Shown: positions 18,262 through 27,630 of the stretch, piece after piece
Layout of the letters: each line of letters opens with the position of its first letter
Position numbering within the stretch: the stretch's first letter is position 1
Source: a virus
Length of the DNA stretch: 64,000 bases
Direction: 5' to 3' (one strand)
Virus record (IMG/VR): IMGVR_UViG_3300009103_001698
Coordinates: 1 to 64,000 of that record
Notes under the pieces: generated by a model
The model's input: the letters and a program-made list of their open reading frames with translations, nothing else
What the model was told of the DNA's origin: nothing
Database searches by the model: none
Position numbers and translations under genes: made by a program

Positions 18262-18354
18262 ATGAACTCTAAAAACCCTAAAAATACTCTATTTATCGCA
18301 TCACTCTATCTTGGTTTTCTTGCGTTGGTTATCTACGCTTCTTACGTTATTTGA
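18262..18354 (+). CDS. 30-aa single-TM peptide
   Basis: MNSKNPKNTLFIASLYLGFLALVIYASYVI follows the repeated SD junction. Confidence 0.4.
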   Translation: MNSKNPKNTLFIASLYLGFLALVIYASYVI

Positions 18355-18384
18355 ATAAACCGCTTATAGTGCCATAGTTACTAT

Positions 18385-18579
18385 ATGGACGAGGAACTTC
18401 CTCCTGTTAGCGGCTCAATACTTGTTGAAAACTGTTTCTATTGTCTAAACACTCGCAAAAAAAGAGTTGTTTATTACCCTGCGATGCCTTACTACTGGGT
18501 TGCCTGCCCCTACTGCGTCAGAACTCCCAACACAGCCGAAGATAAAATTAGAAGATCCAGAAAAATAAAAAAAGGTTAA
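18385..18579 (+). CDS. Small zinc-finger-like protein
   Basis: CFYC...CPYC. Confidence 0.5.
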   Translation: MDEELPPVSGSILVENCFYCLNTRKKRVVYYPAMPYYWVACPYCVRTPNTAEDKIRRSRKIKKG

Positions 18580-18610
18580 CAACTTTCTGGTTGTATGCTA
18601 TAGTTATTGT

Positions 18611-18853
18611 ATGGCATTTAGTGGTTCTAACATTAGAAAGCAAAAAGATGTTTTTCAGATGCTCCAAAGGCTCCTGGAAAAATCAGAAATCTTAGAAGAT
18701 CACATGGCTATCAGAAGGGCAGAAGGAGCAACGCCAAAAGTTGATCTGGAAACAGCCAGATACTTGATTAGAGAGACCGATCTACAAAACTTAAGAGCGT
18801 GTGTTGCTACATTACGTTGGGTCGTTGGTGAACTTGACGATCTAAACTTCTGA
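18611..18853 (+). CDS. Hypothetical protein
   Basis: ORF downstream of TTAACA-N17-TATAGT. Confidence 0.55.
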   Translation: MAFSGSNIRKQKDVFQMLQRLLEKSEILEDHMAIRRAEGATPKVDLETARYLIRETDLQNLRACVATLRWVVGELDDLNF

Positions 18854-18866
18854 TACTATTTATTTT

Positions 18867-19205
18867 GTGAGCGAAAAGAAAACATCCGACAATAAAACTA
18901 TTATCGTAGTTGCAGTAATAACCTCGCTAGCGGGTCTAGGGACGGCTGTGGTCAATCGTATCAGCCCAAACGAGCCAGCAGCCAAAGTAAGCTATGAAGT
19001 CGTCAAAGACGCTGTTGGCACCGTTGCTGACGACATTGATAAGTTGGAAACTCGCTTGAGAGAGGCGGAAAAAGCGCTGGCAGTTCTAAAACACTCTCGT
19101 GGAAACAGAAGACCACGATCAAGAATGAGAAAGAAAAGAGAATCACTCAAAAAACGGGTCAGAATGCCAGATTATAGCACCGTACAGAGAGGAAAAAGAA
19201 GATGA
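18867..19205 (+). CDS. Membrane-anchored protein with coiled coil and basic tail
   Basis: IIVVAVITSLAGLGTAVV TM segment, then heptads. Confidence 0.55.
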   Translation: MSEKKTSDNKTIIVVAVITSLAGLGTAVVNRISPNEPAAKVSYEVVKDAVGTVADDIDKLETRLREAEKALAVLKHSRGNRRPRSRMRKKRESLKKRVRMPDYSTVQRGKRR

Positions 19206-19597
19206 AGAAAATTATTATGTTAATGGCACTTGTTTTAGCAAGTTGTACCTACGATTATAAAATTCCAATAGACACAGACGCGATCAAATACGTTGTAGAA
19301 CACCCAATCGCACCATCAGAGCCAGATACGGTAGAGAAAAGTGAGAAGATCGTCGAGATCACAGGGGAAGCAGAAATCTATACTCCTCAATCTATCAATT
19401 GTCCAGCATTGGCTGGCTTTATTTCCAGCAACATTCTTTTATCAACCTATTGTAACGTCGCACAGAAAGAAAATTATAAATGTTGTAGAGTTCCATACGA
19501 CGATGATAACTTAGCCTGTAAGGTTTTCTTTTGTCACACAAATATAACGAAAGATTACACTGTTGCTTGTATGGGCTACAGTGATGAATGTGAATAA
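19202..19597 (+). CDS. Cys-rich lipoprotein
   Basis: Lipobox VLAS-C; C-terminal Cys pattern shared with 19614. Confidence 0.65.
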   Translation: MKKIIMLMALVLASCTYDYKIPIDTDAIKYVVEHPIAPSEPDTVEKSEKIVEITGEAEIYTPQSINCPALAGFISSNILLSTYCNVAQKENYKCCRVPYDDDNLACKVFFCHTNITKDYTVACMGYSDECE

Positions 19598-19613
19598 CGC
19601 TACTAGTTATTAT

Positions 19614-19943
19614 ATGCGTTATGAATTTTTATTGATAATAATTCTACTTTTCGCCGCTTGCACGGTCAATTTAGAGGTTGATGAACTTCCAAAAGTAGAA
19701 GTAGAACATAAACTTACATTACCAGAGTCAGCTGACGGTACAATTCCACATCAGTGTGATAATTTGGCGAACATAGAGATGAGCAAGTTCTTTGAAGCAG
19801 GACTTTGTGACGAATATCAAAGAGAAAACTATACTTGCTGCGAATTTAAGTATAATGCGACATGTACTGTGTCTTTTTGTACAATGATAAAACCTTCATA
19901 CGAAAAATACTGTACAATGATCAGTGATGAATGTCAGTTTTAG
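19614..19943 (+). CDS. Cys-rich lipoprotein, paralog of 19202
   Basis: MRYEFLLIIILLFAA-C lipobox; ENY.CC...C.V.FC...SDEC. Confidence 0.65.
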   Translation: MRYEFLLIIILLFAACTVNLEVDELPKVEVEHKLTLPESADGTIPHQCDNLANIEMSKFFEAGLCDEYQRENYTCCEFKYNATCTVSFCTMIKPSYEKYCTMISDECQF

Positions 19944-19969
19944 GAGAGACACATAACGCTAATAGAACG

Positions 19970-20206
19970 ATGGCTAGAAAAACAGAAAAAGAGCAAATAA
20001 AAGAACTTAAACGACGACTGAAAAGCATAAACAAAGAGTGTGATGCGCTTAAAGATGAGAATGAATCTCTCTGGTTCCTTTTAGACGAGATGAAAGAATC
20101 AAGGATAGAGAACTTTACAGATGAGATAATGGAATTGTTGGAAGATACTCACGAAAAAATGGTAAAAATGAGAAAATCGATGGTTAGTAAAGCTTCAGAA
20201 GCGTAA
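19970..20206 (+). CDS. Coiled-coil hypothetical protein
   Basis: Heptad-rich ORF; start uncertain (19931 or 19970). Confidence 0.5.
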   Translation: MARKTEKEQIKELKRRLKSINKECDALKDENESLWFLLDEMKESRIENFTDEIMELLEDTHEKMVKMRKSMVSKASEA

Positions 20207-20209
20207 ACA

Positions 20210-20656
20210 ATGCAAGAACTCCTAGAAAAAATGAAAAAAGACGGTGACGAACCCGAAAGAAGGAAGTTCGGAGCCTGTGTTGTCATTCTCAGAGGCAATC
20301 AGTTCCTCGCATTAGAAAGATCTTCAGAGTCAGAGTTCGCACCGGACAAATGGGGCTTTCCAGGAGGTGGTTCAGACCCGGGAGAGACCCCAGAAGAGAC
20401 AGCAGCAAGAGAAACTTACGAAGAAACCGGTCTTATTGTCAACGAACTTGTGTTTTTGACAATGAAAGTGGGAAATAAAGGCAAATTTGTCTATTTTTTC
20501 GCTTGTGACGACTTCAGTGGTAAGGTTGATATGAAAAAAGTGAAAGAAGAGCACAAAGATTATGCTTGGATCGAACCTCACGAGATGAATAAGTATTCTT
20601 TTGCTGATAAAGTGGAAGGTTTTATCGATCGCTTAGTAACAGGAACAGTTTTGTGA
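20210..20656 (+). CDS. NUDIX hydrolase
   Basis: GGGSDPGETPEETAARETYEETGL Nudix box. Confidence 0.92.
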   Translation: MQELLEKMKKDGDEPERRKFGACVVILRGNQFLALERSSESEFAPDKWGFPGGGSDPGETPEETAARETYEETGLIVNELVFLTMKVGNKGKFVYFFACDDFSGKVDMKKVKEEHKDYAWIEPHEMNKYSFADKVEGFIDRLVTGTVL

Positions 20657-20684
20657 AGAAAAATACAGGAGAGCCCATGATTCT

Positions 20685-20927
20685 ATGAAGAAAATCACAT
20701 TTATTTTAATATTGCTCCTTTTTGTGCCAGTGGCAGGAGCAAAAAGCAAGAAAAAAGCAAGATTTTATGACTTTAGCGACCAACTTATCGACGGAAAGCT
20801 ACGAAAACCATCAACACTCTATATGGAATCCAGAACAAGAGCCAAATTCTCTAGATTGCTCAGTCTCAAGAAGAGTTTCCGACAAGAGCTAATGTCGTCA
20901 GGCAAAGATCCAGCCCTAAATAGGTAA
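20685..20927 (+). CDS. Secreted CglF/GltF-like (adventurous gliding motility) protein
   Basis: Signal peptide plus YDFSDQLIDGKLRKP...R.KFSRLL.L.KSF..ELM.S, matching my recollection of the CglF family pattern. Confidence 0.6.
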   Translation: MKKITFILILLLFVPVAGAKSKKKARFYDFSDQLIDGKLRKPSTLYMESRTRAKFSRLLSLKKSFRQELMSSGKDPALNR

Positions 20928-20944
20928 ATTCCTTTTTTTAGTGC

Positions 20945-20953
20945 CTATTTATA
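20945..20953 (+). promoter_or_regulatory. Putative late-promoter motif CTATTTATA (representative copy)
   Basis: Exact copies at 1347, 6561, 20945, 22593, 24901 and 58074; variants at 15561, 18856, 19603 and 31542; always just upstream of a start codon. Confidence 0.65.
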
Positions 20954-20958
20954 ACACT

Positions 20959-21204
20959 ATGGCTAAAAAAGTAAAAATCCTCATAAAAGAACTCAATACT
21001 TCTGGAATTGACGTCAATATCTCCGGTATGAACATGCGGAGACACCGATTAGGTTCCAGATCCAAGAAAAAAGACCAAATTGATCGATTAGAAGATGATC
21101 TAGACAAAACATTGACCACATTAGAGCGTTTAGAAGAGTACGTGCGACATTTGCACCGTATGATGACCCAAATGATTAAAAAGAACCGTAAAGGGGACAA
21201 ATAG
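20959..21204 (+). CDS. Hypothetical protein
   Basis: ATG 5 nt after the CTATTTATA motif. Confidence 0.55.
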   Translation: MAKKVKILIKELNTSGIDVNISGMNMRRHRLGSRSKKKDQIDRLEDDLDKTLTTLERLEEYVRHLHRMMTQMIKKNRKGDK

Positions 21205-21206
21205 CC

Positions 21207-21947
21207 ATGATTAAGTTGAAAATCAAGGATCACGCTGGTGGATGCGGTGATCATAGCGAAGAATTAGACTTTGAACCCCAAAAAGTGCTCCAAGAGGACA
21301 TTTGGGACGGTGAAGCCCTTAGATTCGAGGTAAAAGAGGCATTATTGGCTATTGTAGAGGAATTTAAGGAGTTTTTGGGTCTAGAAGAGATTATTGTCGA
21401 AGATATCCAGCTTACAGGCAGTTTAGCCAACTATAACTACACTAGTTACAGCGATATTGACCTACATTTGCTTATTGACTTCGATAAGGTGGATGAAAAC
21501 GATGATTTGGTCAAAGAATACTTCAAAAGCAAGAAAAACCTCTGGAATAACCGCCATAACATCCGAATTAAGGGCTTTGAGGTGGAAATTTACCCTCAAA
21601 ACGTCGATGAAATGCACCATTCTACCGGTGTTTACAGTATTTTAGAGGATAATTGGGTAAAAACACCCAAAAAGTCCCATTTTGATGTCTGTCACAGCTG
21701 TATTAACAACAAAGTAGACGATTTTAAGCGCAAAATCGACGAAATACCCGGTTCAGAGGACCCTTTAGAGACAATTTCGGCTCTAAAAGAGAAGATTTGG
21801 GGTATGAGAAAGGCTGGATTAGAGGAAAAAGGGGAGTTTTCAACCGAAAATCTGGCATTTAAGGTGCTCCGTAGGGCCGGTTATCTGGCTAAAATGGACG
21901 ATTTTAGGCGTTTAGAGTACGATAAATCCTTTTCATTATTGGATTAG
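21207..21947 (+). CDS. Pol-beta-superfamily nucleotidyltransferase
   Basis: LTGSLANYNY..YSDIDLH (GS...DxD) and a third acidic residue in EVEIY. Confidence 0.8.
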   Translation: MIKLKIKDHAGGCGDHSEELDFEPQKVLQEDIWDGEALRFEVKEALLAIVEEFKEFLGLEEIIVEDIQLTGSLANYNYTSYSDIDLHLLIDFDKVDENDDLVKEYFKSKKNLWNNRHNIRIKGFEVEIYPQNVDEMHHSTGVYSILEDNWVKTPKKSHFDVCHSCINNKVDDFKRKIDEIPGSEDPLETISALKEKIWGMRKAGLEEKGEFSTENLAFKVLRRAGYLAKMDDFRRLEYDKSFSLLD

Positions 21948-21959
21948 AGTGGGGAAACT

Positions 21960-22592
21960 ATGCCTGACATCGATAAAAACCTAATCGATCTTAAGAGACA
22001 CATAGCAAAAAACATCCCAGGGTTCGAGATTAAAGCAAAAAACAAGAGTAAGTTTATTAAGTTCCTGTCTTTTCTGCTGTTTTTCAACAAAGGGTTCATG
22101 ACAAACTACATAACTACGCTATATCCTAGGATATTCGTGCCGGATGATACTTGGGAGAAGAGAAACCCCTTATCTGCTGTAATGGTGTATGCTCACGAGT
22201 ATGTACACCTAAAAGATCGCCATTTAATGGGCTGGGGCTTCAATTACCTCTATCTAACCCCTCAACTTTATTCGTTATTCGCGTTATTGGCTATTTTTGC
22301 TAGCAATTGGTGGCTATTATCTTTATTATTCTTATTACCCATCCCTAGCCCCGGTAGAATGTGGTTAGAACTGCGAGGGTACACAATGACGATGGCTGTG
22401 GCTCATTGGTACGGATATACTGTCGTTCCCAACCATTATATAAAGTATTTTACAAAATCGGGCTATTATTGGATGTTTCCATCTGATAGGATTATGGAAT
22501 GGCTATTATGGCGAGAGTTTGAGAAGATCCGTGATAATAATCTAAGTCCGCTGCAACAAGAAGTAAAAGAAGTGTTATTCCCAGCGAAATAA
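21960..22592 (+). CDS. Membrane-associated HExxH zinc metalloprotease-like protein
   Basis: YAHEYVHL motif, downstream ELRGY, hydrophobic segment. Confidence 0.6.
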   Translation: MPDIDKNLIDLKRHIAKNIPGFEIKAKNKSKFIKFLSFLLFFNKGFMTNYITTLYPRIFVPDDTWEKRNPLSAVMVYAHEYVHLKDRHLMGWGFNYLYLTPQLYSLFALLAIFASNWWLLSLLFLLPIPSPGRMWLELRGYTMTMAVAHWYGYTVVPNHYIKYFTKSGYYWMFPSDRIMEWLLWREFEKIRDNNLSPLQQEVKEVLFPAK

Positions 22593-22622
22593 CTATTTAT
22601 AACAGACTCCAGGGGTAAAATA

Positions 22623-23828
22623 ATGTTTATTACAGAAAGACGATTATTCAAGGACACAATTGAGATCCTAGAAGAAGATAAAGAGTGGTGGCTTAAGCGA
22701 CGACCACGAGATAAGAAAAATTTAAGAGTTTTGCTTGGAAAATCAGCCAAAGGCGGAAAATATACAAAAAAAGGAGCACCATTTACGAATGATCCTCCAA
22801 AATACAAAGGAAATAAAGGGGCGCCGGGATTGGGTATGCTTCAAGAGCGATTCAGCATTAATACTCTTAAATCGTTAAAAGTTGGCGAAAGTTTATCGAT
22901 AACCCCGAAAAAAGATATAAGTGGTATGATGAAGAAGGGCACAACTTATTTTATAACAAAGTCCAACGAAGATACATTTTCAATCAATCCCCCAGTAATG
23001 GGAAAAAAAGTTGTTTCTCTAAGTGATTTAGAATCTATAGCTAATAGTATTAACCCTAATGACTTTGTGGTAAATAAAGGAAAAAGTAAAAAAGCTACAA
23101 TGAAAACTGAAATTTCGCCAAATCAACAAGAAGATGTAGCAAAGAAACTAACTAAAAAACACATACCCGGAGTTTCTGGTAGTTTTATAAGTAAAGTAGG
23201 TGATTGGTTTAAAAATAGTGCTTTTATTAAAACTATTGGTGATGTTATAAATTGGTTTAGAAAGCTTTGGAAAAAGTATACTGGCGGGAAAGAAGAAAAA
23301 GAAGTCGAGAAACAAGAGCTTGCCGCAGGTGTTACAGTTACAGATGGTAAAGGAAAGACTAGAATTGGTAAAGTAGAGGGAAAACGAGCAGTGTTTTTAC
23401 CAAATGAGACTAGACTAGGCGGTACTAGAGCTTGGAGAAACAATAATCCTGGAAATCTTAGATTAACAACGGCATGGGAGTCTTATGGTGCTATTGGTCG
23501 AGAAAAAGCCGGCAGAGGCGGGTTTGCTATCTTTCCAGATGAGGCAACGGGGACTAGAGCGTTGGAAACATACATAAAAAGATTTGGCATCAATAAAGGC
23601 AAAACTATTGCTAAATTTATGAGAATGTATGCCCCCAAACAAGATAAAAATGATCCTGCTAGTTATGCCGCCAAAATAGCTAGAAAACTTAATGTAGATG
23701 TTGATACACCAATGAATACTCTACCGATTTCATCAGTTGCTATTTTTGCAAAAGCGATAAGAGGTGTAGAAGGTTGGCGGGCAGGTAGTATCGCTCAACC
23801 TTATGATTTTACAACGGCTGTTGCATAA
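22623..23828 (+). CDS. Virion protein with C-terminal lysozyme-like (NNPGN) domain
   Basis: AWRNNNPGNLR...FAIFPD...G.RAL...TIAKFM.MYAP..D.NDP.SYA. Confidence 0.65.
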   Translation: MFITERRLFKDTIEILEEDKEWWLKRRPRDKKNLRVLLGKSAKGGKYTKKGAPFTNDPPKYKGNKGAPGLGMLQERFSINTLKSLKVGESLSITPKKDISGMMKKGTTYFITKSNEDTFSINPPVMGKKVVSLSDLESIANSINPNDFVVNKGKSKKATMKTEISPNQQEDVAKKLTKKHIPGVSGSFISKVGDWFKNSAFIKTIGDVINWFRKLWKKYTGGKEEKEVEKQELAAGVTVTDGKGKTRIGKVEGKRAVFLPNETRLGGTRAWRNNNPGNLRLTTAWESYGAIGREKAGRGGFAIFPDEATGTRALETYIKRFGINKGKTIAKFMRMYAPKQDKNDPASYAAKIARKLNVDVDTPMNTLPISSVAIFAKAIRGVEGWRAGSIAQPYDFTTAVA

Positions 23829-23833
23829 AATCC

Positions 23834-23862
23834 TTTACAATCAAGCAGTTTTATAGTATAAT
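23834..23862 (+). promoter_or_regulatory. Sigma70-like promoter for purA
   Basis: TTTACA-N17-TATAAT, then an AAGGAG SD. Confidence 0.75.
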
Positions 23863-23892
23863 AGTACTATCTTTCATACACAAGGAGTTTCT

Positions 23893-24897
23893 ATGATTGC
23901 AGATGTAGTTCTTGGTCTTCAGCACGGAGACGAAGGCAAAGGGAAAATTACGCACCATTTATGTAAAACTGGTGGGTATACTCATGTTATTCGTTTTAAT
24001 GGTGGCTGTAACGCTGGTCATACAATTTATCACAAAGGTAAGAAGTTTGTTACTCACCACATTCCTGTAGGAGTGTTCTTTGGGGTTAAATCTATTATTG
24101 GTCCAGGTTGCGTTCTAAATCCAATACAGTTTTTAAAGGAACGTCAAGAACTTATTGACGGTGGAATAGATTTAGACGGATTGCTTTTTGTTGCCGAAAA
24201 CACACACATTATTACTAGTGAGCATTTAGAAGAGGACGGGAAAGATACAAAGATCGGCACAACAAAGAGAGGCAATGGACCAGCTTATAGAGACAAATAC
24301 AATCGTTCAGGTTACATAGCAAAAAATGTCAACATTCTACAGCCTTATCTTATTAATATGTATGAAGCACTCCATGACAACAAGGAAAAAGAAGTTAAAA
24401 TCCTCTTTGAGGGTGCTCAGGGTTTTGCTCTTGATATTGATTGGGGTGATTATCCTTTTGTAACTTCCAGTCATTGTACAGTAGGTTCTGCTCTTCTAAA
24501 TGGCGTTCCTCCGCAAGCTATTCGTAATGTTTGGGGTGTTGCCAAGATCTATGAGACATATGTCGGCGCAAAGAAGTTTGAGCCAGACATTCCTATTTTT
24601 AAGAGGATTAGAGAGGTTGGCGAAGAGTTTGGAGCAACAACAGGACGTCCAAGACAGTGTAACTGGCTAAACTTCGAAATGCTGGATAAGGCAGTTAGAG
24701 TTAACGGCGTTAATAAGCTTATTTTCAACAAAATAGATGTTCTTGACGAAATTGGGCAGTGGGCTCTAAAAAGTGAATCAGGTTATAAAGTTTTTAGTAC
24801 TGGGCAACGGATGCAGGACTGGATTATAGAACAATTCAAGCGCAATGAATTCTTGGGAATAGAAGTTATTTTCTCAGGAGACAAAAACGGCATTTAG
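23893..24897 (+). CDS. purA: Adenylosuccinate synthetase (short form)
   Basis: GLQHGDEGKGK, RFNGGCNAGHT, EGAQG..LDID.G.YPFVTSS, EFGATTGRPR. Confidence 0.95.
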   Translation: MIADVVLGLQHGDEGKGKITHHLCKTGGYTHVIRFNGGCNAGHTIYHKGKKFVTHHIPVGVFFGVKSIIGPGCVLNPIQFLKERQELIDGGIDLDGLLFVAENTHIITSEHLEEDGKDTKIGTTKRGNGPAYRDKYNRSGYIAKNVNILQPYLINMYEALHDNKEKEVKILFEGAQGFALDIDWGDYPFVTSSHCTVGSALLNGVPPQAIRNVWGVAKIYETYVGAKKFEPDIPIFKRIREVGEEFGATTGRPRQCNWLNFEMLDKAVRVNGVNKLIFNKIDVLDEIGQWALKSESGYKVFSTGQRMQDWIIEQFKRNEFLGIEVIFSGDKNGI

Positions 24898-24914
24898 CAA
24901 CTATTTATAGCACT

Positions 24915-26066
24915 ATGCCTTGCTCCAAAATTACAAACAATTCAAACTTCGAAGTAGACAAACATCAACCTATGTTTGACAGCTTCTTTCCTTATAGCCA
25001 AAAAGTTCTTGGTTTTGATAAGCCGTTTTCTTTAAATTTTGCTTCAGATCAAGAAAATTCTGCTAATCCGTTAGGAAGGACAGCACATTATGACCCTTCC
25101 AGTTCTGAAATAACTATTTATGTAGATGGGCGGCATATAAAAGATATTATGCGGTCTATCTCTCACGAATTGGTTCATCACGCACAAAACTGTCGTGGTG
25201 AGTTTGATAAGGGGATTAGCACAGATGCTGGTTATGCTCAAGAAGACGGTCATCTGCGTGGAATGGAAAGAGAAGCGTATGAGAAGGGCAACTTGTGTTT
25301 TCGTGACTGGGAAGACCAGTATAAACAACTAAGGGAAAATAAAATGACTAAACTCGTTAAAAAAGAAATTAAGAAACTGTTGAAGGAGGCATATAACCCC
25401 TTGGATCCACAGTCGCGACCAGCTGCGGTGCCGTCAATGGTTGATTCTCGCGAACAGAAGATGCTTTATGTTATTCGTAAAACTTCATGGGGTAAAAATT
25501 ATACCGATGATTTTTGGAATGATTTTTCTGATAAAGAAAAACTTATGGTTTTTAAAAAAGCAAAAAAAGACTTAGCGGATCCACAGCCCAGCCCTGCTCC
25601 AAGAAAAAAGAAAAGACGCTTTCCTACTATTAGGGCGCCGATTGTTAAAGGGATACAGAGGGAACTATTAAAATTTTTTGGTGGAGTAACTGTTGGAGAA
25701 TCAAAAGAATTAAATGAGCGCGATATAAGTGCGGCTGAAATCTTAGGAGGGAGAGGAAAAATCGATGGGGCACTCGGACCCACAACCTTTAAAAGCATCA
25801 AAAAAACACCTTGTGGAAAAGGTTTGTTTCTGGGTAATCTTAAAGATGTCCTACCTAACATTCTTAAATGCTTACAAAAACAAAATGGAACAAAAGTAAA
25901 AAAACCAGTAGCTTCTAAGGCACCGGTGGATTATGGACAATCAACACCTACAATTACATCTTTAGAAGAATCAAAAGTCGACTTCACCAATAAACATCTC
26001 GAACCGGTTAGAAAACGATTTTCAAAACTATTCGAAGCATTAGTTAAAAAAGGTAATAAAAAATGA
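24915..26066 (+). CDS. HExxH metallopeptidase-domain virion protein
   Basis: SHELVHHAQN...MEREAYE.GN; degenerate peptidoglycan-binding-like IDG.LGP.T. Confidence 0.6.
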   Translation: MPCSKITNNSNFEVDKHQPMFDSFFPYSQKVLGFDKPFSLNFASDQENSANPLGRTAHYDPSSSEITIYVDGRHIKDIMRSISHELVHHAQNCRGEFDKGISTDAGYAQEDGHLRGMEREAYEKGNLCFRDWEDQYKQLRENKMTKLVKKEIKKLLKEAYNPLDPQSRPAAVPSMVDSREQKMLYVIRKTSWGKNYTDDFWNDFSDKEKLMVFKKAKKDLADPQPSPAPRKKKRRFPTIRAPIVKGIQRELLKFFGGVTVGESKELNERDISAAEILGGRGKIDGALGPTTFKSIKKTPCGKGLFLGNLKDVLPNILKCLQKQNGTKVKKPVASKAPVDYGQSTPTITSLEESKVDFTNKHLEPVRKRFSKLFEALVKKGNKK

Positions 26067-27619
26067 GTAAAAGCTTTCATAAAGAACAAATAAAAAGATT
26101 TCTTTTAGAAGAGAAAATAGAGAAAGATGAGGAACCAGAACTTTTAAATGAAGCGTGGCCTCTGGTGGCCGCGATTGTAGCAGGTCTTGGCGCATTGGGA
26201 TATGCAGGCTATGCAAATCGAGAACAATTTGACTACAGTGCAAAATGGAAACGTAGAGTGGGGGCAGCGTACAAAAACCCAGAAGCTTTCGACAAGCTCC
26301 TAGATGACGCCTTGTTCGATAAATATACCTCTGACGCTTCAGCTAAAGCTGCCTTAGATGGAATAGCTGCTGCGATCGGCAGATGTAAACATAGTCGTAC
26401 TAAAAAAGAAGGTGCTTACGACTCTTATGCTTATTGTAAACAAATAAAGAAAATTCTTAGAAAGCCCGGGAACAACCCCTTTATTGGAAACCCAGCAAAA
26501 TATAGCAGAAAAAATATTGAAGATCAGTGGCACAATGTTTCAGCAGTTCAAGACGATCTAAAAGACAAAATTTATACTGCACTGCCAAAACTTGCCAATT
26601 TTAAGCTTGGAGCACCACCGGAAGATGATGAAGATTTTGAAAAAGATGGACCAAAGGGCAGTAAAGGGCCAAGCTTTGGCAATCTGAAAAAAGCAAAAGG
26701 AGAAGTCATAGCTGTTTATGGGACGCGTTCTAAAGTTTTTGTGCCTGGGGTTTCAACTGATAGATTTGACTTGAAGCAGAGAATATTATTTAGTACCACG
26801 TTTAAAGATTCTTTTGAAGCACTAGCCAAAGGAAAGTGCGATCTTGGAAGTATGTATGATAAAAGCACAGATTCTTGTATACGCATCTCTCGTCCAGAAC
26901 TGAAAATTAGTTCACACGTTGTTACAGCTCAACAAGTAGAAGGTGGAACAGAATTAATTGTTAACAAAGGAAAAAATTGGGGAATAAACATTGGAGCAAA
27001 TGTCCGTTTCCCGGGAGCTTCAAGTTCATCTGGAACCGGTAAAAGAGGCAGAACGGGCGGTGGAGTCAAATGTTCTTCTAAACTCCTAAAAAGAGGTTGT
27101 AGAGGTTCATTAGTTACAAAACTCCAAACAAGATTAAAACAATTAAATTATGATCTTGGGAAGTACGGTGTCGATGGTAAATACGGCGGAGCAACCGCCG
27201 GCGCTGTTTCAGCTTTTCAAAAAGATAGCGGTTTGGGAGTAGACGGTGTAGCAGGTAAGAATACATTAGCAGCATTGTTTAGTAAAGCGGCGACACAGAA
27301 AGCTAGCGTCCCTGCTGCTGACGTTGCTGATGCCGGACCAAAAGCATCAAAAGTTGGAGGGGGCGTAGTTAGTCAGATTAAAGCGAAAGCAGATCGATTC
27401 ATACAGACATACATTGATCGTGCCAGAAGAGAAGGAGTTTCTGATGATAAAATTTGGAACATTGTCAAAAACTATAACAAGACTAATGCTAAAGCAATCA
27501 ACACTGCGCTCGAAAAAGTATCTTATCTAAAAGAATCCAACATGAACAAGGTTCTCGCAGATCACAAAGAACAGGTTCTCGTTGAAAGGCTCGAAAAATT
27601 AACAAAAGGTCTTGTGTAG
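26063..27619 (+). CDS. Peptidoglycan-binding domain protein
   Basis: LKRG..G..V..LQ..L..L.Y......DG.YG..T..AV..FQ...GL.VDGVAG..T..AL. Confidence 0.8.
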   Translation: MSKSFHKEQIKRFLLEEKIEKDEEPELLNEAWPLVAAIVAGLGALGYAGYANREQFDYSAKWKRRVGAAYKNPEAFDKLLDDALFDKYTSDASAKAALDGIAAAIGRCKHSRTKKEGAYDSYAYCKQIKKILRKPGNNPFIGNPAKYSRKNIEDQWHNVSAVQDDLKDKIYTALPKLANFKLGAPPEDDEDFEKDGPKGSKGPSFGNLKKAKGEVIAVYGTRSKVFVPGVSTDRFDLKQRILFSTTFKDSFEALAKGKCDLGSMYDKSTDSCIRISRPELKISSHVVTAQQVEGGTELIVNKGKNWGINIGANVRFPGASSSSGTGKRGRTGGGVKCSSKLLKRGCRGSLVTKLQTRLKQLNYDLGKYGVDGKYGGATAGAVSAFQKDSGLGVDGVAGKNTLAALFSKAATQKASVPAADVADAGPKASKVGGGVVSQIKAKADRFIQTYIDRARREGVSDDKIWNIVKNYNKTNAKAINTALEKVSYLKESNMNKVLADHKEQVLVERLEKLTKGLV

Positions 27620-27630
27620 AGGTCGATTAA

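Larger units (their letters stand above)
16741..18264 (+). repeat. Repeated gene junction TTCC(C)ATTCTAA(TAA)GGACAACAAACAAATG at ~16741, ~17474 and ~18235
   Basis: Near-identical stop/SD/start junction read directly from the sequence. Confidence 0.85.

Noticed and set aside
23893-24897. PurZ / 2-aminoadenine genome
   Set aside because: The GDEGKG Asp is retained, which fits PurA.
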